Shown: positions 22,741 to 41,056 of the stretch, piece after piece
How the letters are laid out: each line of letters opens with the position of its first letter
How positions within the stretch are numbered: position 1 is the first letter of the stretch
NCBI GenBank assembly: GCA_020137815.1
Contig: CM035362.1
Coordinates: forward strand, 1,612,001 to 1,676,000
Length of the DNA: 64,000 bases
Reading direction: 5' to 3'
Source: Hormiphora californensis
Taxonomy: Eukaryota > Animalia > Ctenophora
Program-made: the position numbers and the translations under genes
Notes under the pieces: model-generated
Databases searched by the model: none
Seen by the model: the letters and a program-made list of their open reading frames with translations, nothing else
What the model was told of the DNA's origin: nothing

Positions 22741-23020
22741 CCTCCGCAGCTTACATACAGGGCATTTACAACAAGTAATAACAATTATCATTCCGTCATA
22801 ATTAACCCATTATGCTCTAATGATTGAATAATCAATGTCATGCATTGTCTTGAACTAGTTAACTAGTTGGCTGATTGTCTATTAATTGATAATCTCCCCT
22901 CCTCGGCTGCAATCAGCCGGCTGATTGTGTATTTGATAATGATATGCTACTGATTGTTTGAATACAATACACATCATTGGGCCATCAACGACATGCAATC
23001 TTTCTATCCGCTAGTCTCTT

Positions 23021-23058
<38 letters not shown>

Positions 23059-23568
23059 CATCCATCTCTGCGCTCAAATGCCCCATTGACAGTGTGCATG
23101 CATACAATGTCTGTGCATGCAGGAGTGAAACAAGTGCCATCTATCTTTATATGCGAGACAGAAGGGGGAGAAAGAGAGATAGAAAGAGAGGTAGAAAGAG
23201 AAAATCGGAGAGATGTTGTTCAACAAAGAGATGTAAAAAGGAGGGAGTGAGAAATATCGTCCCTTGTGAGTTGTGATGCCACAAGGTGCATGCAAGGTGT
23301 GTAATTTCATTACTCAATTCATTCCCCCTCCTCCATAGAACAAATGGTGCTATTCCATGATTCCCCAACCCCCACGACTCAGTAAAACAGTACATCGCAG
23401 TACATCGTATCCCCCTAAGCTGCTAAATGACAGTATGAACTTCACCAGACACTGCACAACTAATGACTCATGAATGATATTGATGATGTTTTCTGTGCAG
23501 CATGAAGCATGTGAAACACTGCAAAAAGATTATACCCAATAATTCTACCAACAAAACTATATCCCCAG

Positions 23569-27232
<3,664 letters not shown>

Positions 27233-28588
27233 AGTCGGAGGGTTTTATTTGGTCATTGGAGATGTTGAGATTGTCAGGGAAATGCTCTGACCGAGAGAGA
27301 GAGAGAGAGAGGAACTGTAACTGTGACTGTGAGACTTGAGAGTTGAGAGGTCGGACTAAGGGAGGGGACTGTGAGCGGTGAGTAGTGTATGGCGTGAAGA
27401 AGTTGCCATGGACACTACATGACCGTTTGAAATATAAATCCAGGGTCAGGCGGTCTAATGATACCGATGTGATATAGAAAGGTGTCTATGAAAATGTTTT
27501 AATATGCACGGAGGTTGAATGAGGTATTGAGAAACTGACATATTTCGGTAGATCGACAGTTTAATATAGAAGCATTTTATTCTCAGAGATAAAAAGAGGG
27601 AGAGACGTCAGTTCGTGTTATTAATATCTACAGTTTTGCTTGTCAGATGTTGCTTTACTTTTATTAAACATGCATCTGTTGTGTCTAATGTGATTCACTT
27701 GACAATTTCCGCTCATAATTCATTATTCATAAATCTCTTTCGTTCACTCTCTTGTTTTATTTCTGTCTCTCTATCCCCCGTCTCTCTATCCCCCTGCTCT
27801 CTATCTCTCTCTATAATACCCTAGTGTGATTGAGTTAGGTTCATTTGCCATCACTATAGCAACCACAGTTTCACTCTCACCCGCTCTTTCTCTTCAATTC
27901 AAAATATGTGTAGGGCGGCCTTTTCCGAACCGCACTGCAAATAATAATTATTGTGTGATGTACACACACGACAAGATTGTAGAATGCATGGCATTTTCTC
28001 CGTTTTCAGTCAATAAAGAATTGGTCCCTGTTAAAAAGTGATCCACTCGCGAATTGACCAGATCAGTTTAGCTAAGGGAGCGGAGTTGAGGTTGTAACGC
28101 GCGATGACATTGCAGAAGATCAGTGCGCGCAAAATGTAACCATGCGTGGGAAAATTTCTACTCTGGGGAAGTTCAAATTTGAGGGAATTAAATCGGTCAA
28201 ATTTGAACAGACTTCAGCTGTCAATGGCATGGCAGTGCCATGCTTTTGATTGCTTGCTGTATGGAAAGAAGAAATTTCCTCTATTGCTCTGGGAATGGAA
28301 GTGTGGGATAATCGATTGCAAAATCCCACATATCATCACAGTTTCACTGTGGTGCTACTAGTACTACAGTGAAACTGTGATGTGGGATTTTGCTATCACT
28401 ACTGACCCTCTTTTTCCGAGTTTCAGAGCGACCAGCAAAAATAGTGCTAAAGAAGAGGCCCCGATCACTAGGGAGCACTCCCCAGCACACTCCCCGGCCC
28501 CCTCCACAGAGGATCTGCTCTGCACACCATCTGAAATCAGAGTTTCCTCTCATCTCGCCCCGGAACAGTGTCGAAAATTGATGGATGA

Positions 28589-29932
28589 CACGGCGTGCCT
28601 GGTGAAATTTTAACACGACCTAGCATGCAACGGGAAACCACCACTTGTACGTGGTAGCTGAGGGTCTACAGAATGGCGCTACGGTGCGGGAAAAAAAAAG
28701 TCCATGCCCTAAAATCGTTTTTTTTACTTTTATTTGATTTGGGTCAAAATTGGCTATATTAAATGTGGTCCCGAAAAATCCATAATGACTTAGCACACGA
28801 AATATGTCACCCCTACCTATTTTTGCACGTAGAATCGATTGCCGTTGAAGTCGAATCTCTAAAATGACTGTAAAATGGTCAAAAGTTGATTTTTTACCAT
28901 TTTTTGGAGGTTTTTGGCCCCTAAACCATTGAAAACGTTGAGATAGGAATTTGAAACTAGTGCCAATCGTTAAAATGGTCATTTTTCTACCAAGAACCAA
29001 GTTTTCGTGTATATCCGATTTATGGTTAGATTTGGGCAAATTGTTGAAATCTGCCAACTAGAAGAACCGTAACTTGATTTTCTTGTTTTTTGGATTTTGG
29101 CATTTTTGACAAACTTCTGATTGAAATGGTCAATCGGGACCATGCTTAAGTTGTTTATGGGACAATTTTCGACTAAAATCCAAGATTTCATACCAATCCA
29201 ATAACAGATCGTAGATTTATAGAAAATTTAAGTAGGCAAAACGGTCAAAATGACAACTTTTCTTGCTTATTTTGACCGTTTTGCCTACTTAAATTTTCTA
29301 TAAATCTACGATCTGTTATTGGATTGGTATGAAATCTTGGATTTTAGTCGAAAATTGTCCCATAAACAACTTAAGCATGGTCCCGATTGACCATTTCAAT
29401 CAGAAGTTTGTCAAAAATGCCAAAATCCAAAAAACAAGAAAATCAAGTTACGGTTCTTCTAGTTGGCAGATTTCAACAATTTGCCCAAATCTAACCATAA
29501 ATCGGATATACACGAAAACTTGGTTCTTGGTAGAAAAATGACCATTTTAACGATTGGCACTAGTTTCAAATTCCTATCTCAACGTTTTCAATGGTTTAGG
29601 GGCCAAAAACCTCCAAAAAATGGTAAAAAATCAACTTTTGACCATTTTACAGTCATTTTAGAGATTCGACTTCAACGGCAATCGATTCTACGTGCAAAAA
29701 TAGGTAGGGGTGACATATTTCGTGTGCTAAGTCATTATGGATTTTTCGGGACCACATTTAATATAGCCAATTTTGACCCAAATCAAATAAAAGTAAAAAA
29801 AAAACGATTTTAGGGCATGGACTTTTTTTTCCCGCACCGTAGCGCCATTCTGTAGACCCTCAGCTACCACGTACAAGTGGTGGTTTCCCGTTGCATGCTA
29901 GGTCGTGTTAAAATTTCACCAGGCACGCCGTG
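28589..29932. mobile_element. 1344-bp near-perfect foldback element, Chapaev-like termini
   Basis: CACGG...CCGTG ends, 4-bp TSD ATGA, ~660-bp arms with a spacer under 20 nt near 29260. Mirror ORFs appear in the ORF track. Confidence 0.88.
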
Positions 29933-30585
29933 ATGAACAATGCAATGTTCACTGAACATACTATGCGAGTATCACAGTTTTCATGGGACAATGACATGCA
30001 ATATGAATGATGTATTTTGAACTACTGAATTTTACAGTCACTTTTATGCATGAATTCTTTAGATTTTTCGCCTAAATCTACCTTTACTCAGTCAGATGCT
30101 GCTTTTTTTATTTTCGCGTTCAATGCAGAGTTTTGCACGGAATTAGAGTTAAATCTCTGAACCATGATAATTACACGCTCCATTGGGCGGGGAGAAAAGG
30201 CAGGATCTGAGGATTATAAACTCGTTAAATAAGAGAGATTCAAACTGATTTAAAATAATACATATAGAATTCCCAAAACCAAAAAAAAACTAGCAAAACT
30301 ACAGAAATAAATAAACCACACTACTATCTTGTGTAGTAGTATATATGTACTGAAACTGGTACTGGTACTGCACACATATAGAATCACAAAAAGTCAGTCA
30401 AGATCAGAAACCGGATGGAAAAAGAATTCTTAATTTAAAAAAGCCAAAATATCTGTACATGTAGCCAGGGACTATGTATGTCAATGTGGCTCATGCCTTC
30501 TTTGCAATAAACCAAATAAAACAGAATCACCACTCGGCACTCTAGCACTGTCACAGGTCCCTATTTCACCACCCTATCACTGTCT

Positions 30586-33500
30586 CTATTCCATCATTGT
30601 AAAAGATGATATATCACTCTGGCTCCGTCTGTTACTGGTAAAGTTGCAATTAACATCCCACCCTTCTCCTCCTCCTCCTTTGGAAGGTTGTACATCAGTC
30701 TGATTTTATCTAGAAGATCTTGGTCGATGTTCCCTGCACCGGGTCCTGAGAAGTAGAGGGCATTAGATCCTGAAGTGGACTTGAGGGATGGGTATTAGTG
30801 ATGTAGGGACTGACAAGAATTGGGTACATTCACCGAATAAACCACTAAAAATACATTGTTCAGTCACATAATATATTAATTGGAAAACGTGATGAAAAAG
30901 GAGAGTGGGCCGAGTTTTCTACTGATCTCTCAATACCTTGACTGTTGGAGGATATCGGGTCAGTATAGAAAATTGAGAGGGAGGTGTCTGTAAAGGCGAA
31001 TCGAAGTTGGGGCAGCGAGTAGCACTGTATATGGACATCAATCACCAAAAACCTGGCGGGGAATATATTTGTCAGAGCTTGAAATTATAAGTTAGGGAAA
31101 TTTTCAAAAGTTATAAACGAGATGAAAGATTACATATTAGAAGGACGTCACCCTGCTAAAGGAAAGTGATGGATCAAACTGGGTTCCTTTCCCCACAAGG
31201 CAAGATTATAAACTCACAGCTTGTCATTTGACACGATTAGGTAGATGGGAACTGGATCATAGGAACACACTGCAAGATAACAGGATTCTGCGCTGGGTAG
31301 TTTTAATACTTCAACACACAGCCTGCGGGAGTCGGGGGTTAAGCTGGGAGTTATACGATGGCCGATGGGGCCTATGGTGTAACTTTAAAGGGTGCACCAT
31401 TTAAAGTTACATGGGGGGGAGTATATTAATTGTAGAAAGGAGCATAATAATAACTACAATTGTGTAATTAATCAACACAAGAGAAGTAAGAGATAATCAA
31501 CCTATACTCAGATAGTTTTATAGCTTGTATACCTTAGCAGAGTATCTGAGTGCTCCAGCCGGGTTGTGGTATTAGTTAGTGGTTGTGGAGCCTGGATCCA
31601 ACCCGCACCAGTCAGTAGACCCTCCCCGGTATTAGCCAGTAACTCAGCTGCACCACCTGTGCAGAAATGTATTGGTTTTATAACCGCGGTTTGATAGGGA
31701 GGGGACATGAGCACATAGAGAGCCGGGTTGTATTGTTCATACTCCTGTTCTTAGTTTGGGGGAGTTCACAGGACTACAGGAGAAATTCTAAGCAAAAGAA
31801 GGGGGTATGGGCTTTTCAACAGAGGTGCACAGGTGGTGATATGAACTTACCAATAGGTTTAGTTACAACTCCAACAAGTCCTTTAGAGACACCCTTTACT
31901 AGTCCTTTAGTAACACCACCAACTCCCTCACTAGTCTCCAACTCCTGTGGACGGGGGGGGGGGGTAGTTATTTATAGGGAGGTAGTTACTAGTTAGTTAG
32001 TTATATGGACCAACTCCCTCACTAGTCTCCAACTCCTGTGGGTGGGGGGTATCTAGGTAGCTGGTAGCTACTACAGTTATATGGTTTATAGTTATTATAG
32101 GGAGTTAGTTATTTGGATAAGGACCGGTGGCCGTGGGAATAGCAACTAGTTATAGGGAGTTAGTTAGTTATATGGAGCCTCTTTAAGGGTACACCTCGGC
32201 AAAATTTTTGTCAAGTGCCCGCTTAGCTCTCCATATGGGGTTGTAGGGCATACCAAGCCGACCTCAAATATGCAATTTTAGCCCTTAACTCGAATTCATA
32301 TTTTTGCTGCAGCCCCTCAAAGTTTGACCCTAAAAACCGGTTTTTAAGGTCCCTAAATTTTATTTTTAGGGCTAGAAAGCTGAAAATTTAGGGATTCATA
32401 GAGGATACCAAGGTGTATAGCTCAAACAGAAATTTTTTGAAATGGAGCTCAATTTTTTGTCTGAGACTATTTTACTTTTTTTGACTTTGAGGCCATATTT
32501 GGACATGTTCCTATGGACCGTTAAGGCTAAAAATTGGATATTTGGTGCTCCTAACAATTGTCAAAGTAGCCACAAATTTTCAGGAGGTCCGAATTTGAAA
32601 TGTGGCCTACAGGTTTCTTTTTGTAAAGCACATATTTTAGGAAAACTTAAAATGGCTATATCTCAAAAACGGTAGGTCCTAGCGATCTAATTTCGTGCTA
32701 CATCGATTCAGCGGGTCCGATTTTGGGGGGGTCGTCTCTTAGACATTTTGCTCTAAGTCTAACCGTTTTTTCAGAAATCGTATTTTAAGATTTGTACATG
32801 TTTAGCAGAAATAGGTAAGATTAGCTCTAGCTAGAAGCATTTCTGCTAAACATGTACAAACCTTAAAATACGATTTCTGAAAAAACGGTTAGACTTAGAG
32901 CAAAATGTCTAAGAGACGACCCCCCAAAATCGGACCCGCTGAATCGATTTAACACGAAATTAGATCGCTAGGACCTACCGTTTTTGAGATATAGCCATTT
33001 TAAGTTTTCCTAAAATATGTGCTTTACAAAAAGAAACCTGTAGGCCACATTTCAAATTCGGACCTCCTGAAAATTTGTGGCTACTTTGACAATTGTTAGG
33101 AGCACCAAATATCCAATTGTTAGCCTTAACGGTCCATACACACATGTCCAAATATGGCCTCAAAGTCAAAAAAAGTAAAATAGTCTCAGACAAAAAATTG
33201 AGCTCCATTTCAAAAAATTTCTGTTTGAGCTATACACCTTGGTATCCTCTATGAATCCCTAAATTTTCAGCTTTCTAGCCCTAAAAATAAAATTTAGGGA
33301 CCTTAAAAACCGGTTTTTAGGGTCAAACTTTGAGGGGCTGTAGCAAAAATATGAATTCGAGTTAAGGGCTAAAATTGCATATTTGAGGTCGGCTTGGTAT
33401 GCCCTACAACCCCATATGAAGAGCTAAGCGGGCACTCGACAAAAATTTTGCCGAGGTGTACCCTTAAGAGAGCAGCAGGTGCCAAAAGCAGCTCCTTAGT

Positions 33501-36500
33501 GCTTATAAAATCGAAAGGATTCAAGCTTCCGATAGCTATCATATACCACTAACAATATTGGGGTACTGGGAGGCTATAATACCTGTTTTGTATTGTTACC
33601 TAACACACCTGTATTTGGCATTGCCCCTTCCCTGGGATGTTACACGATGTCTAGCGGGTTACCCCCTGGGTTCTTAATACACTATGTGCTGTACCATGGG
33701 TACATACAGTGTACCTGGTACACTATGTGCTGTACCTGTATAGGTTGTTGAACTACTCCTGCTACAGCAGAGAGAAGATGAAGACCAAATCCAGTTAGAC
33801 CCTTTGATAGGCCACTACCCAGGTGGGCTGCCTTGTATCTCCTCCTGTTGATTGCACACACCCTGGTGTGACTGGAGAGGGGGATATTAATTGTTAACTA
33901 GTGGGGGAGGGGGATATTAATTGTTAACTAGTGGGGGGGGGGAGAAATGAATTGTTGTTAACTAGTGGGGGAGAGAGAAATGAATTATTATGTTCCATAG
34001 AGAGGGTGGAGCAAGAAATGAATTGAAAGCATATGACTCGAAGCTATATTCTGGGGAACCTTCTGTGACAGTAGCTCTGTGACAAGATTAGTTTGAGCTG
34101 GTGGTGAAGGTGTTCAACCTCTAATTCATTATTTAGACGCAGCTATTTTGAGAGGCCTACATCACCTTAGCACATAACGGGGGGGGGGGGGGGGGTAACG
34201 CGTTTTGTGAGGGGCGGGAGTTAACTCTTAACAATATGACAGTCGTGAACATAACAGGCAGTAACCTGTCTTGTGTTAGAATATTTTGACATTGCCTCGA
34301 GAGGAATGGTTTAACCAAGTTGACACTTGGCATTCCAATTTGCCAAAGCGATCTTAACATCTGGGAAACCTAATCAATGCAGTCATATATTGGATTTCCC
34401 ATGATCAATTATATATGCGTGCCATCTCCACTATCTATACATTACTACCACATGAATCACGTCACTAGCTGCATAGACCCCCAACTGAGTTTCTACTGTT
34501 GTGACAGTGTTGTGTATCAATTGCTTCCAGCTAGTGATAATGTCAATTGTCAGATGTGTGTGACTGGATCTTGTATGTGATTGGATCTTGTGTTATGATC
34601 ACTGTATCTTTATATGCATGCTACATAGCCCCAGAAACCTTCGGCTGGCTAATTTAGCGTGTCAGACAGCGATTATGATTTCGGGGGGGGGGGGTAGTAT
34701 TCTGACTTCTGTGAAACAATGTTAGGAATAGTACATCGCGGGCGTGTTGTGAGTTGATACCTCGCAATTACTGCTTCCCTAATACTAATTCTAATTTTAA
34801 TAGCTAATCAATTAATTAATTACCTGTCGTCCAGAGATAATCTGTCCATGTTCCTGCTGATACTGACTGCCAGATTCGTCACACTAGTTATCACACCCGT
34901 CCCTGAAAGAAGAGAGTGATTAGGTCCCTGAAAGAAGATAGAGAGAGGATGATTAGGTAGAGCAATTACCATGGTCACCGTGGTGCTCTGTCATATTGGG
35001 TGCCCGCATAAAGCATGTCTAGTGATACTATCACTGATAGATCATGTAGGGGGTATTATGTGATTACTAGGGTCACAGGGAATGGACCTGCTGTTTGAGA
35101 GTCATATAATAGGTACATAACTATATTATCAGAGGAGCCATGCACCTAAACTGCTAGTACATATTGTTCTCTCACTCCCCTCATTTTCTGTCTCACTCCC
35201 TCCCTCTCTCTCTCTATCTCCCTCCCTCTCTCCATATCTTTCATTGTTCATGTACAATAGTCTCTAACGAAATGAACAACCTAAGCAGCACCCCCCTCCT
35301 CAACGGGCGTGTACTATACTACATTGCTCATACAACTAGCGATTAGATTTGGCCGCTGTGGTTTTCTTTGTTACTCAACAAGTTGCTATTAGCCATTAAA
35401 TAACTCAGATTCACTTTGAACCTCAGTTTCTCACAACATGCAGTAGTTGACTTGTTGAGCACCCCAAATGGTATAATGAACACCTATATAGTTAATTCAC
35501 AATTAACCTGTTTTTAGTGCGCTGATTCAACGTTGAAGAGTGTTTTATAATCTCAGCTGTGAGATCAATCTTCAGACGGTCGTCGGGTCGTGTAGCTAAC
35601 AGACGATCTAGCACACTTTTTGACTCCTCCTGCAACTCTGATCCAATACAGAGCGAGGGGGATCAAAAAGTGTGCTAGATTATCGGAGGCGGACTCTGTA
35701 ACTCAAATCTATCACTTACCTTGAGTCGCTTGACACAGTTTCCGTGCTGATTTTTAGAACAAAAAGAAGGTATGAACAATTCAGCCCTTACCTATGTTCC
35801 TAGCTAGGGAGGCAGACCCTGTAACTCGACTCTTACCTATGTTCCTAGCTAGGGAGGCAGACCCTGTAACTCGACTCTTACCTATGTTCCTAGCGAGGGA
35901 GGCGGACCCTGCTGCGAGACCGGATACAAAAGCAGTTGGTCCTCTTGTCAAACCATCGTAGGGTAGATTAACTAAGTCACGTACACCTATTTGGTAGTGG
36001 GAATTTAAAACAAACAATGGGGGGGGGGGTATAACTGAGAGCTGTTACGAAAAGAGAAAAAAAGGGGGTACCAATTTGTTTTATGAATCCACAGGCCAGA
36101 CAGGGAATTGTGGAGTTTGGGGGGGGGGGGGAATTGTGGAGTTTGGGGGGGGGGGGGGGGTATTATAACACTGACCTGACAGGGCGGTTCTGATCATGAA
36201 AGAGGGTGATCCGAGAATATCAAGAGATGCTAGAGCCCAACCGGCTTGTTGTATTGTTTCACTGATATACTTTGCCAACAATATCTGATGATTAGAGTTA
36301 ATTAATTAATTGATTGATTAACTGACATACAGTCGCTACTGCAGTTTACTAATGTGTTATCATAAAGTCATCTATTTGATCCATTGAGCAATAGTCATGT
36401 TTGAGGCCCCCGTGAAAACTCGATCCTTGGTTTATATAAAATCCATTATCCAAAAAAGAATTCTTGGGTGCGGTAAAAATTTGATTTTCACTAATGGCAA

Positions 36501-38233
36501 TCATTTTACTAAATTGATCGCTATTAGTGAAAAGCAATTATAAAGCTCAGAAATTATTCCCCATCATCTCAAACACCCCGAAACTCAATTTCTCAAATTT
36601 AGTAATATTTTCATTTGACACTCCCCTCGAAGCTTCGCGAGGAACTAAGTTACCAATCCTTCGATGACAGGAATTTCTATATGTAAATAGCAATTCCAAG
36701 ACGTTATATCCCTCTACGATAATTGTTAGTTATGATAATCATCTCTGTGACATGACTTGTTGAGTAAGGACTTCCCCCTTACTCAACAAGACATGACAGA
36801 GGTACGTAGTACTCTCTTCGTGTGACCACCGCACCTCTCTCTACCAACTACAAAAAGAGAAGTAAGGTGTATTGTTGATTCCATTATTGTTGATTTCAAA
36901 CTTTCATAAACTACAATGTAAAACTATGATTATTGTATTGGGCGAATGAGCCATTCGAATTAAATTCTTCTGTGGTGGCAATGCCACAGCCCCATAAGTC
37001 ACCGTGTTTTCCTGATCAATATACACTACCCAGTCTCTACCACCTTCTTCAAAGAGACGTAATGTGGACTACCAAAGATGGTATACAAGTCAAATATCGG
37101 TCTATAAATAAAAGTCAATTTGTAATAAACTGCGTGCGTGTCGAGACCAGCTTTATTACCAATCTTCAATGACATAGAATTTTCGTTTTAGCCCCCCAAG
37201 CTGTGACAGAGATCAGGAAGATTCTACCTGAGTCACAGCGGTGCTAAAAGAATATTCTACCCCGCGGTAGAATGTTCTGAGACTCTTTTTGACTGTATGG
37301 CGGCGCGATACCCTACAGTGCGATTAGATGGGGTCGCCAGACAGCTTCTTGATTACTTATCTCTAACTGTATGATCTTCTCCACACCAATTTGGCCACAC
37401 CAATTTGAATTCTATTTCTTAATCATCTTCCAATCACATGGTATTTAGAAACCACATTTGATATATAGATTGCCTACCGAATATATTCAGTTTCTTCGGT
37501 CTACCCTTTTGATAGAAAATTGCTTTCGAATTTCTTAGAACACCATGATCATTTGGTTTTTGACCATGGCTGTGACAACTTTTGACCCAGGGGTGTTTAT
37601 TGTTACCTGAGAGAAGTGGTCTGGGATGGTAAATAGTTGGTGTATCAGTGTACTGTTAAACTTCAACGGGATACTGTCAGCTGATAGGAACAACTTCACA
37701 CTAGCGTGTACACCTAGTTCTGAAAAGGATGGATATTTGATATGTTCAGTCGGACCCCGATATACAGTCGGACTTCCCAATTTATCGGAAACCCGATTTA
37801 CCGAGCATATAAACCCTTTCCCTTGAACATCCCGGTAAATCAGGGTCTGACAGCTGACTGCAGTATATTGGCACTGCAAGCTTCGCACAGCCCATTTGAA
37901 GGGTTAGGGAGAGTATAGGGGTTATACAAACAGAATACTGTCCTGATGATGGTGACAAACCCCCATGAATGGTCAGATGAGTCACCATTTGTCACCATTT
38001 GTCAACAAGATATTACTCATAAACCCCCACCCCCCCCCCCCCCCGTTGTTTTCTCTGCAGATGTTTCTCTCGCTCCCTGTGATCTCCTTGTGGGATCTCA
38101 TCTGCTCATGCATGACCACCGATATCTCTGCTGCTGATAACTTCCCCCCTTCAATATCATCGTGTGTCGGCATCGTGCTCAATACAGATTGATTGGTGTT
38201 TTGTCTAATATCTATACAGAGCTCCTCCCCCCC

Positions 38234-38266
<33 letters not shown>

Positions 38267-38272
38267 TCTCTC

Positions 38273-38314
<42 letters not shown>

Positions 38315-38368
38315 TCATCTCTCTCTTTCTCTCTCCCTCTCTCTCCTCTCTCTCCTCTCTCTCTCTCT

Positions 38369-38425
<57 letters not shown>

Positions 38426-41020
38426 CCTCACTCGATCCGTCTGCTACGCTCATGTTGCCTTTCGTGCGGGGGGGGCTCGCTTTCGTGTCTCCGTATCTCT
38501 TATCTCTCTCGTCTGCGGTCTCCTCGCTCTCTCTCCTCTCCTCCTCCTCTCCTCTCTTATCATCTCCTCTTGCCTCCCCTTCGCTCTGTCCCCTTCATCA
38601 TCTCCTCTCCTCTCGTCCCCTGCATCTCCCACTCTCTCGCCTCTCGGGTCTCTCTCTCTCTCAGCCCGTCCCTCCTCCTTCTCATACTCCTCTCTTCTTC
38701 CGTCCTCCGGTCGCTTCCGCAGTTCTCCTCGTCATCTCTTCTGCTCTCACTCCTCCCCCTCTCCTCTCGCTCTCCCGTCCTCTCTCTCCCCAGTCTCCAT
38801 CTCCCTCTCATCCGTCATCCTCCTCACTCTTCCGCTCGTCTCTCTCCATCTATCGATCCCTCCAGCTCTCTCCTCCTCTCTTCCTCCCCTCATCTCTCTC
38901 TTCCCTCCTCTCATTCCTCTTCTCTCATTCCCCCATCTTCTCCTCTCGACTCTCATCTCTCTCCCTCGTCTCCTCAAGGTCCCTCTCTCACTCGTCCTCT
39001 CTTCCTCCTCCTCTCTCCTCGGCCTCTCAATCGCTCTCCTCGCGGATCTCCTTCTCCTCTCTGGATCGTCTCATCGTGCCTCCTCTCTCCGTCCTCCTCT
39101 CTACTCTCCGTCTCTCGTCCGCATCCCTCCTCTCTCTATGGTCAGCTCGCGGAATCCTCTCGCCCGCTCTCCCTCTCACTCTCCCTCCTCCTCCTTCCTT
39201 CCTCTCTCTCTCCCTGCTTCTTAGCTTCCGGTTTGCTCTCCTCCCTCCTCTCCTTGCCTCTCTCTCTCCCTTCTCGGATCTCATCCTTCTCCCTCTCATC
39301 CCGTCCACCTCTCCTCATCATCCTCCTCATCTCTCTCACTCCCTCCTCCCTCTCTCTCGATCGCTCCTCCCTCCACTTTCACCAACTGGGTCATCTCCTC
39401 TCCTCTTTCTCTCCCCCCCTCTCTCATCTCCCTTCCTCCTCTCTCGCTCGCATACCTCTCCTCCTCTCCTCTCTCATCACTCCCTCTTCCCTCCTCTCCT
39501 CCGTCTCTCTCCCATCCCCTGTTGTCACACCCTCTCTCATTCCACTCGCCATCAGTCCTCTCTCCTCCTCCTCTCCTCCTCACTCTCACTCCCGTCTCTC
39601 ATCCCAGTCAACCTCCCTCGTTACAACGNNNNNNNNNNNNNNNNNNNNNNNNNNNNNNNNNNNNNNNNNNNNNNNNNNNNNNNNNNNNNNNNNNNNNNNN
39701 NNNNNNNNNNNNNNNNNNNNNNNNNNNNTTTTTAAAAGGGGGGCCCCTTTGGGAAAAAAAACCAAAAAAAACCCCCCGTAAAGGCTTTGTAGCATCACGA
39801 GACATCCCTAAAGGGAAATGTTAGTAGTATCTGTAATATATGAGCACTTTTGATCAAATCAATATGAGCATAATAAAATGAGATCGTTTTTAGTACCTCC
39901 CCGATATGATTCATAGAAACCTTCATAAATTCAGGGTATTATATTCTCTATCTCCCGTGCCTTCATCCCCCCCCCTCATCTCTCATCACATTTGGTAGTG
40001 ATAGCCACTGAGCAGTTTAAAGTACAAATTTACTAATACTCCCGCGGCATAATATTGCTACTACTTCCCCACTCCGCCACCCCCTCCCGGCATCCATCCC
40101 CATGACTGTCTCATCAAGTTTTCTCCCTATTGTCCCATCCATCCCCATTTTCCAGGTGGACTATCCCCTTCTTTTTCACTTTATATCACGCCACGGCCCA
40201 CGGATATTTTCACTATCCAAGCTCTAGCTCTCATTATTATAAAATGAGATAGATCTCAATCTCCTCCCCTCAATAGTCAATGACTGTCTTCCCACTATCT
40301 CCCCCTATTCCCCAAAACCCAAAACCCCCCAACCCCCAACCCCCCACCCAGTCCCCATATCCCCCCTTTTCGCCCCCCCTATCTCTTACCCTCTTCCCAC
40401 TACTAATGCTGTCTATCATGTTTTCCAGGGGATATCTCCTCTTTTTATTTTATCAGCCCCGGCCCACGGATATTTCCCTATCAAGCTTGCCCCATTATTA
40501 TAAAAAGAGTAGATCTCAATCTCCCCCCCCAAAAGGGGAAGACCCCTCTTCCCAACTATCGCCCCCCCCCCTTCCCCCCAAACTCCCCCAAATTCTTACT
40601 ATTTTCCTACTATTCAAGACGTCTCCCTTATCTCCAAAAAAAAACCCCTATCTCCCTCCCATCTCTTACCATTTCCTACTATCTCAATGACTTTTTTCCC
40701 ATATTTTCCCCTACTTCCCCCCCTCTATCTCCCCCACCACTCTCTCCCATCTCCCCCATCTCAATGACTGTCTATATGTTTCCAGGTGGAATCCCCCCCT
40801 TTTTTTTTCTCACTTTTTTCCGCCAGGGGTTTTTTCTGAAATTGGATTTGATTGATGGTTTAAGGAGGGGGTAGATGGGATTAAAGGAAGGGGAGAAAAA
40901 GAAAAAGAAGAGTTGAGAGAAGAGAGGGGAAAAAGGGAGGGGGGAGAAGGGGAGAGAGGAGGGGGAGAGAGAGAAAAAGGGAGAAGAAGGGGGGAGAGGG
41001 AGAGGATCAGAGAGAGAGAG

Positions 41021-41056
<36 letters not shown>

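Noticed and set aside
28589-29932. Palindrome as an assembly fold-back artefact
   Set aside because: A matching 4-bp TSD, superfamily-type termini and unique flanks on both sides favour a real insertion, though long reads would settle it.
28620-33208. Apparent duplicated gene pairs on opposite strands
   Set aside because: Mirror images from palindrome arms, with no transposase or other recognisable motifs.
38162-39824. Long Ser/Leu-rich ORFs of 343-539 aa
   Set aside because: Translations of degenerate (CT)n sequence running into an N gap.
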